From positions 744,001 through 808,000 of the forward strand of contig NOWV01000020.1 of the NCBI GenBank assembly GCA_003344405.1: 64,000 nucleotides of DNA, in the 5' to 3' direction. The notes below the pieces were generated by a model. The model saw nothing but the letters and a program-made list of their open reading frames with translations, searched no databases and was not told the DNA's origin. Both the position numbers and the translations under genes were made by a program. How positions within the stretch are numbered: position 1 is the stretch's first letter; each line of letters starts with the position of its first letter. Source of the DNA: Trichoplax sp. H2. Taxonomy: Eukaryota. Shown here in pieces: positions 56,401-64,000 of this stretch.

Positions 56401-59400
56401 AATAAGATATTAGCTGTATCTGCGCGTGANNNNNNNNNNNNNNNNNNNNCCCTATTATAACTATTATAATTTCAGTATGTGTATAAGTGTCACTGTCATA
56501 AAAAGTCAGTGCTATATTAAAATACAGTATATCCAAATTAGAAGTTAACTAAATAAGGATAGTCTAACAGAATTATCCTAACATAGTTATTTCTACTGTA
56601 ATACAGTATTTAACACTGTAACAATCGCACTTTCCTTAATTTAGAGGATAGTTAAGATAAGGTTGCATTAATGCTTCTGAAATATAAGTTCCTCGACAAT
56701 GATACTTCTTCTGAATATGTACGAAATATAGCAATTAGCTGTAGTAACTTGGAATAAGATATTAGCTGTATCTGCGCGTGATCAGAGTTGACTATGTGAA
56801 CATAAGTTAACTGTAAATGAACCTTGGAATGAATTTATTAAGCTAATCAACTATCGTATGTATCTGTCATTGGTATAACCTAGGAATGTCTAACGCATGC
56901 TTAATTTTTTTAATTATTTGTGATTGTAGGAAAAGAGAGTAATAATTATATATATATTGAAGCATTTAACAAAAAGCCCGGGGAATATGCCGACATCATC
57001 AGTATACCATTGTTGTTAGCTCACGGAGTTTCTACTGTTACGGTAAGTAAAATAAATAATTTTCTAACACCGGTACCTGTTTCTGAACCTTTTGAAACTT
57101 TGAGCACGCTTAAATAACTATTAGTAATTCTGTTCAATTATACTTTTATAACAAGAATAAAAAATTATTTCAATTCTTAACTTTAGCCGCAATGAAAGGT
57201 ATAAAATATGCTTTCAAGTTTATTAAAATCTCTTACATGCACAGGTCACCTTTTCCTACCGCATCTTTGGCACAGATAATTTGCAAAGGATATATGTATA
57301 CGCAATTTATCCGAGATTTAGCTCGGATATGACTCTTATTGGTACAGTACAGTCGCCAACTGAACGAAGCTGGATGGAATATTCAGTTAGCTTTCATCCG
57401 GAATTTAATAATTATCAGGTATGATATTGGAATGGTTATGTTTCGGAAGAGGTACTAACTTAAAAAAAATTACTTTTCTGAGTTACTACCATTATACGAT
57501 ACTATTAGAGTAGTTTGTGTAAAAGATATTATAATTGTCTTATGCGAAAATAATATAGTAAAACTAACAGCTTTCTTAATTGCTATAATCTCTGCTTTAG
57601 AATCTTATCGCATAATTATATTTTACTCTAAAACAAAAACTAATATAATCTTTACACAGATATTGATTCGAGGTGCCGTGAAAACAAATAATGCTAGTAC
57701 TATCCAGATTGATAGCATTGCAATTATTCCACAAGGTAGTTAAGATCTTGCTTTAAATTTTCAAATTGCTTATTTAAATTGACAAGCTGATGAATGGTTA
57801 CCTCGTGTTTTAAATTTTGAATCATCAACGTTTACACTAGATTATTACAGTAAAGTTTTCTAGGCTTTCATTTTATACATTTGACCTATTGATTGCTTTT
57901 ATAATCGAAAAATCAAGAAATCAATTGTTATACTGGAAATGGTCAGTATTATCGAGGCCAAAATCACCAAACTATAGACGGCTATGAGTGCAAGGATTGG
58001 CAATCTCAACGGTCAATTCCCCATGTTTCTGCCATGAAACGTAGCAAAGATGATCTCACCTCAAATTACTGTCGAAATCCTGGCAGTTATAGGTCGAGAC
58101 CATGGTGCTATACAACTAACCCGAATGCACAGTGGCATTATTGCAATATTCCAAAATGCGTTGAAAGTGTAAATAACTCTTACACTTATGCATTAGGAAG
58201 TATGTTCGATTAAGAGTCATGCTAACGTTATTAATGTAATCACGTGTACTAACATTTGGTTTGATATTATCGCATTAGATAAATATCCGGTTCAGATAGT
58301 AAATAAAGACGAGAAATCTGCTAATTCCGGTCTTCTAATGCTGTTTGCTAACGGGCAGTGGGGAACTGTTTGTGGTGATAGGTTATCGGTACATGCTGCA
58401 TCTGCTATATGCAAACAAACTAATAAGGGCAACTATGGATATATAACAAGTAATTTCAGTAACAGAACATGCAATATGGAAATATTGATTGATTCTTATT
58501 AATTGAAATTCTATTTATCGAAATTTAAGTTGCTACTCTTTCAAATTATTAAATTCTAATAGGAGGCAGCTTTACCGGCAAGGACAAGGTACTAGTGCGT
58601 GGATCCGATATTAAATGTAATCCAAATGCGACAGGATTGCAAGATTGCACAGTGTATGCAAATCCTTCTACTCAACAGTGCAGCCATAACAAAGATATAT
58701 GGATAACTTGTTCTAGGGATCAAAACTCTAGAACTGGTGGTTTTGGGGGTTAGTAAATATATTTGTAAATACATTTCCCTCTGAATGTTTACGCTCATAT
58801 AATTGTAAAGTCCTTCTCGGTCTGAAGTTCAAAACTTGTCCGCGTATTTGCTTTATAGTTGAATTAGTTGACTCATCGAGTCCTAGTCAAGGTGAAATAA
58901 GAGTGATCAGAAACAACGTTGCAATCCCAGTTTGTTACTCAAATTTAAGCATAGTAGAAGCCGATGTAATATGTCGTCAATTAGGATACACTACTGCTGG
59001 TGGCATACAAAGTAAGTTAATAATTTAAATTTTACCACCTGTGACCATATTTAATCAAACTTTCTAAGAGTTTCTAGACATATAAACAATCTATTTCGAG
59101 TACTAATATCAGCTAGAAGATTATATTAAGAAATCTGATACATCATCATTCCTATTTAATTTAGCATATCATCCTATTTTGGATGCAACGGTCTGGGTTA
59201 CTTATTTTAAGTGCAAGGGCTACGAATCATCCATTAACGACTGCGTAATAGAGGTGACAGACTTAAATCGGCATTGTTCGTTAAGTAGTAGAAGGACGTT
59301 CGTACGGTGCCATGGAGGCCAGCCATTCAACGGTTTGTAGAACGTTGAATGATTCCATTCTAATACTATTGATTACTGTGAAAGTTTTTGTGCCGCAGTT

Positions 59401-61473
59401 GATATGACCCTTCTATATATTGCTGCTATAGATGTTAATCCAACTACATGTAATTTCCGATTTGATTTCTGCGGTTGGAAAAACACAGCTCAAATAAAAT
59501 GGCTTTATGCCACAGAATACTCGTACAAATCAGGTCGTTTTGAACCTCTTCCAAATCTTAGCGGTAAATTATTAATCACTTCTGTATTAATTCTTCTCCA
59601 TTCGCTCTTAATCGCTGATGAGAAATGGTATTATTTTGATTTCATGGACGCTTATCTCGTCACTTATCTTTGTACTTAGAATTTTTTTTCCAAGCATACA
59701 TTTACGCCTATTTTCCATCCTTAACCACCGGAAGAGCAATACTTTCAAGTCCTGCATTCAAAGCATATGGCCGTTATGCAGCCTCTGTAAGAGAGTAACC
59801 AGACCAAAGTTACAGTGATAAACTCATAGCTAATAATTTAATTTCCTAGGAGTTACTTGTACGATCAAATTAGGGTGTTATAAATCAATCGCACACTCTT
59901 TCATAGGTATATTTTAGATATTTAACACATAATTTCAAAGGACGATTTTACGTGCGCTATCGAACGCAAGATACAACTGAAACATTATTTCTATTCAACG
60001 GACAAAATTTCCCAACTAATACTATAGCACCAACTGCACGGAATACCTCAAATTCTAGTGCTGATCCGACGACTGTAAGTATTCTGTCATCACATAATAA
60101 AATTTGCTAGGTAACGAATATCGTAAGGGATTTTATGATTACTGAGAGTAAAGTTAATTAAATCCCTGTTACAATGTTTCTCAAAATTTTTGATACACAT
60201 TCCTAAACGTAACATGGATTTAGTCATCTTAAAATTGAAATTCTAAATTCGCATAGCAAACCAAGGAAAAAAATTTAGCAGCTTTCTAGACTATTTAACC
60301 CGTATTACTTTAGGCACATATATTTGATTTATCTGTAAAAGAAATGTTATAAAATTATATTTGCTTCGGTTCTTTTCAACAATGATGTCATCGGACTGTA
60401 GTCCCTGTTTACATTTTCTACAGTATGTAAGATAATCGCTTCAAACAAAGACTTTTAAATACTAGCATATAACCAACAATATGCGAGTACGATGCCATCA
60501 GCGATATTGTTAAATTTTAAAGTCGCTATTAATAGTATATGATAAAATGTATGAGTTTATTTATATCAAACATCGACAAAATTGCCTTTACTCCATAGAT
60601 AAGTCGATGACTGTAAATTTTATAAATTTTATACGATAAAATATGTACGAGTATATTGGTAGACCTGTAGCTTGCTATCGTTGATCTATACTATTTCATG
60701 ATACATGTTTAGCCTCCACAAGCCCTTTATAAATGGATTAACATAACAACGATCTCAATTCCCGTTATAAATTTTAAGGTAAGTACCTAGCAGCTGTTAT
60801 ATTAACAAATCATAATGGCATATCAATTGTAAATCAAACAGTTTACTGTAAACTATGTTGGTAAGTATAAATTTTAATTTGTAAATTTTACTATTTAAGT
60901 GGAAATTTAAAATAGCTTACATGCCCGTCAACGTATGAAACTTAGCTCGTCTTAGCATATTTATTTGACTCATTTAGATAATTATGGTTACATATCTCTA
61001 ACTCTAGAATTTTTTTTAAATGAAATCCTAGATTGAATTTGAGGTGCAGTTGAACTCTCCTGATATTCACGTCAGTGAAGTAGTTGCAATTTCCTCCTTT
61101 GAAGTTCAGGGCGTTGCTGCTTATGTCAGTAAGTGTGATCTACAAAAACTTTATCTAAAACAAAATTTATACTAGCTAATCTTTTCGTTCTTCATGTTGA
61201 ATTTTCCTGCTATTCTTTAAAGACGATTACTGTTCTAAATCTATTATATCTTTCAAATTCTCACGTGCAGAGCCTGGTCTGATAAGTCTAGTTGGTGTTG
61301 GTTTTGCTGGCGGAGCAATCATGTTATCTCTTATTAGTATTGTGACATACTTAATCTGCAAAGCAAAGCATAATCGATTAAACAGATATGTCGTTTATGC
61401 GCGTTTTCCAATAAAGACAGTGACTAAAGATGGCCATACACAAGAAGCAGCAAATGCCTTCAGAGATGAATAA
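53425..61473 (+). CDS. Receptor gene D: signal peptide - LRRNT - LRRCT - MAM - kringle - SRCR - SRCR - MAM - TM - tail with YARF
   Basis: Exons 53425-53627 (CPNNCKCSDTEIKCSN...SIPTGIKS), 54356-54528 (IPCDCKYL...GYCSTPSRF...LLC), 54683-54715, 55117-55257 (CSFDNGLCGW...FDW), 56930-57042, 57245-57418, 57660-57735 (IQIDSI), 57918-58199 (CYTGNGQYYRG...NYCRNPGSYRSRPWCYT), 58279-58449, 58563-58748, 58859-59011 (ADVICRQLGY), 59165-59332, 59432-59563 (CNFRFDFCGW), 59680-59786 (AILSSP), 59907-60074, 60713-60778, 61032-61128, 61271-61473 (TM LISLVGVGFAGGAIMLSLISIVTYLIC; ...NAFRDE*). Confidence 0.87.
55834..56623 (-). mobile_element. Solo LTR (same family as 27218-27846), split by gaps; 5-bp TSD ATCGC
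   Basis: atcgc|tgtcacaaaacagc...(55834-56074, gap) ... (56450-56623) cactgtaaca|atcgc; the halves are reverse complements of about 27608-27846 and 27218-27390. Confidence 0.85.
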
Positions 61474-62230
61474 ATTGTGTAAACTAATTAGTTGGAAAAA
61501 ATTTCAAAACATATAGATGATTTTGTAATTTTTGCAGTTAAGTATAACTAGCTGTGTAAATGTCAGCTAAAGTATTCATCAATGCGATTTATTTGTTGCA
61601 GTAAGAAACCTGTAAAATAAGTTGTACAATATGTAGACATTTTGTCAATTAAAACTTCTGCTTACTCGTATGAAAGAGTACAGCCTTAGCAGACGTTTAT
61701 TTTCTTCATTAGTCATAATTAATAGTATTAGTCATTTCTAAATTTTAGAAAATAGAGAGTCGTTTAGCTCTCATTACTTAATCTAGAGATTATACAGTTA
61801 TATTGCTATAATACAGCTCTTATTTTGATCGATAACAATTCACACGGATGCTTCCAATAGTTCTTTCGTACAAAGCAACAATAAATTGAGGTTTCGAAAT
61901 AGTACGAATACAACGAACTTAATCCTGGTTCTAGATAACATATTATTCGAACATTATATTCTTAATCGTAAATATGTAATCTACATACATGAACAGACAA
62001 ACGAAGAGTAGGTTAAGTAACAATATCTCAAAGATTTTATGGAATCATTTAAACCCTTAAAGTGTCATTTACTGAATTCGGGGTCGCTATTCATTCGTGC
62101 AGGATCGAAATTAAAAAGTTTCGGTACTAATAGTAATCAAGGTACCGGATAAGCAATAAATTTCCTTAGGCTTAGTAATTATGATCTGTCAATATATGAT
62201 ACATGTATATTTTATTAAAGATTTGAAGAT

Positions 62231-62472
62231 ATGCCGTGCTTATTTCCCATTTCAACTCTAGGATATAAGATTCTTCTGATATTATCGCAGCTCTACTGTA
62301 AGCAACGCAAATACTCAAAATTTTCATTCTTACAAAAAATACGAATACTTACTATTCGCAGTGCAGGATGTGATAATTTTATTATACCGGTATTACGTAA
62401 AGCTAATATAGTTGCCAATCATGCAGTCGTTGTAACAATGTACTACTGAGTAGCTGGTTAGCTGTGCCATAA
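62231..62472 (+). pseudogene. Possible decayed first exon (signal peptide + LRRNT) of a further paralog
   Basis: ATG ORF with hydrophobic KILLILSQLYC; in a shifted frame at 62413 CQSCSRCNNVLLSSWLAVP*, resembling C..C.C...V.C...L..VP. Weak. Confidence 0.3.
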
Positions 62473-62964
62473 GAGCAACAAACTATAAATGATTTATGAA
62501 AGGTAGGAGTGTATAAGGTTAAAAATACTTAACAAACCTGAAGCAAGTGATGTTTGATTTATCTGAAATTTGCAATCAAAGAAAGCTGACAGGGAAATTT
62601 AAACCAAATTGATGCATAAAAGCTCTAATTTACTATCTGGAATATTCTTATTTCAAGAACAGTCAAGCACATTTGGAACGTAAAAGACAATAACATGGCT
62701 ACTGTTATTTCTTATGGATTTCTCAGACAATTGATAATCGTATCGTATCAGGATTGTATGATCCAGGCTTTGACAACTATTGCTGATTATATTACATAAT
62801 TATTTATAAAATTCAACCAAGTATACGCTTTTTAAGTAATATTTTGAATTAAAATCGGTTTTCACCTTAATAAAAATGAGTTAAAAATTAAGATAATTAA
62901 TTAGATATCATGAATGTCTAGTAATCCATTATACAAGTATATTGAGAATGTAAATTGGCGAACA

Positions 62965-63865
62965 AATATGACTAGTGCATAATATGCAATTATAGTTTTT
63001 TATTCTTCAATTGTATACTTACTAGGTATGAAAACTTTCTAACAGTTTTGGACCACAAAATACACTGTACATAAATATCTTGTTGTCCGTTTTTACGAGT
63101 GTACTGAAAAAGTAAATTGACTAACGTGCATGACTAGTGCATATGTGATAAAGTGATCTTCAAAACAATAAATCAAGAGCTACAGTTTCTTGCAAATTTC
63201 ACTTTATTACAGAAGTTAGGTTCGTCTAACTACCATGGACTATCTGACTATCTGACAATCTACTTATTACAGCAAGATTCACGATTTATATACGATTAGT
63301 TACAGAATGCTTTTACTGTAACAAATCTTATCTTGCCTATTAAGTCGCAAGATCAGATCTAAATTTACTATCTCGTAATCTATTCATAATTCGCGCGTCT
63401 ATTTAAAGCATTACAATACAATACTTACAGTACTAACATACTTAGCGCAAATCTATTTACTGTACTGTATATCTCAGATCTTTATATGAACATCTTAATA
63501 GATTCGCTACAATACGTACTGTAAACATCTTCTACAAATAGACTCTTACTCAATCTTACACTCTAGCTTACAAGTTAAGTTATTCTCGTACAGTCTTATA
63601 ATAGTAATCTAAGCTATATTTGGGGCTGCACTACAGCATAATACGCGAGCATAGTTTTTTAGTCTTCAATTTTATTAGGTATGAAAACTTTCTAACAGTT
63701 TCGAACTACAAGGTACACTATCCACGAATATCTAGTAGTCCATTATATGAATACATTTAGAAATAAAATTATTTGAAGAACTGGACTAATGCATGATAAA
63801 CGACTATAGTTTTCATTCTATAATTGGACGCTTAGTAAGCATTAAGCTTTTCTGACAGTTTTCCA
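62965..63865 (+). repeat. Diverged ~150-bp repeat unit, two clear copies and a partial third
   Basis: tagtttttt.tcttcaatt...taggtatgaaaactttctaacagttt at about 62990-63050 and 63651-63700; weaker copy at about 63805-63865. Confidence 0.65.
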
Positions 63866-64000
63866 AGAGATTTTTTAATATTAAAGTAACGATAATAGGT
63901 ATACCTATTACATGGCATATTTATTATGTTTCGTGATTAATCAACTTTGAGGAATTATTACGGTAGGTTATATGCACCACGGAACGAGGAAATATTGAAT

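Overview
AT-rich, intron-dense animal genomic DNA with short GT-AG introns and five 20-N gaps; a placozoan (Trichoplax-like) origin is my inference and cannot be confirmed here. Splicing by eye shows a tandem family of type-I membrane receptor genes that the ORF track only fragments. Four members look intact: A (minus, 6001 to <1), B (plus, 18493-24061), C (plus, 39427-47971) and D (plus, 53425-61473). Each begins signal peptide + LRR N-cap (LRRNT) exon spliced straight to an LRR C-cap (LRRCT) exon, with no clearly intact LRR repeats between them, followed by different combinations of MAM, kringle and SRCR domains. B, C and D end in a TM helix and a short tail (LPSY + ETIV-COOH, VSTV-COOH, YARF). 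Decayed LRR, MAM, kringle and SRCR exon relics appear in introns and intergenic DNA, and at least three decayed paralogs are present, suggesting birth-and-death evolution by exon decay. An ADAM10/kuzbanian-like gene with an intronless CDS sits inside the cluster. Also present: solo LTRs with 5-bp TSDs (one seen as both filled and empty alleles), a TA-flanked MITE, CAGTA-rich tracts and gap-flanking duplications that are probably uncollapsed haplotypes. All gene models are manual and unverified by transcripts.
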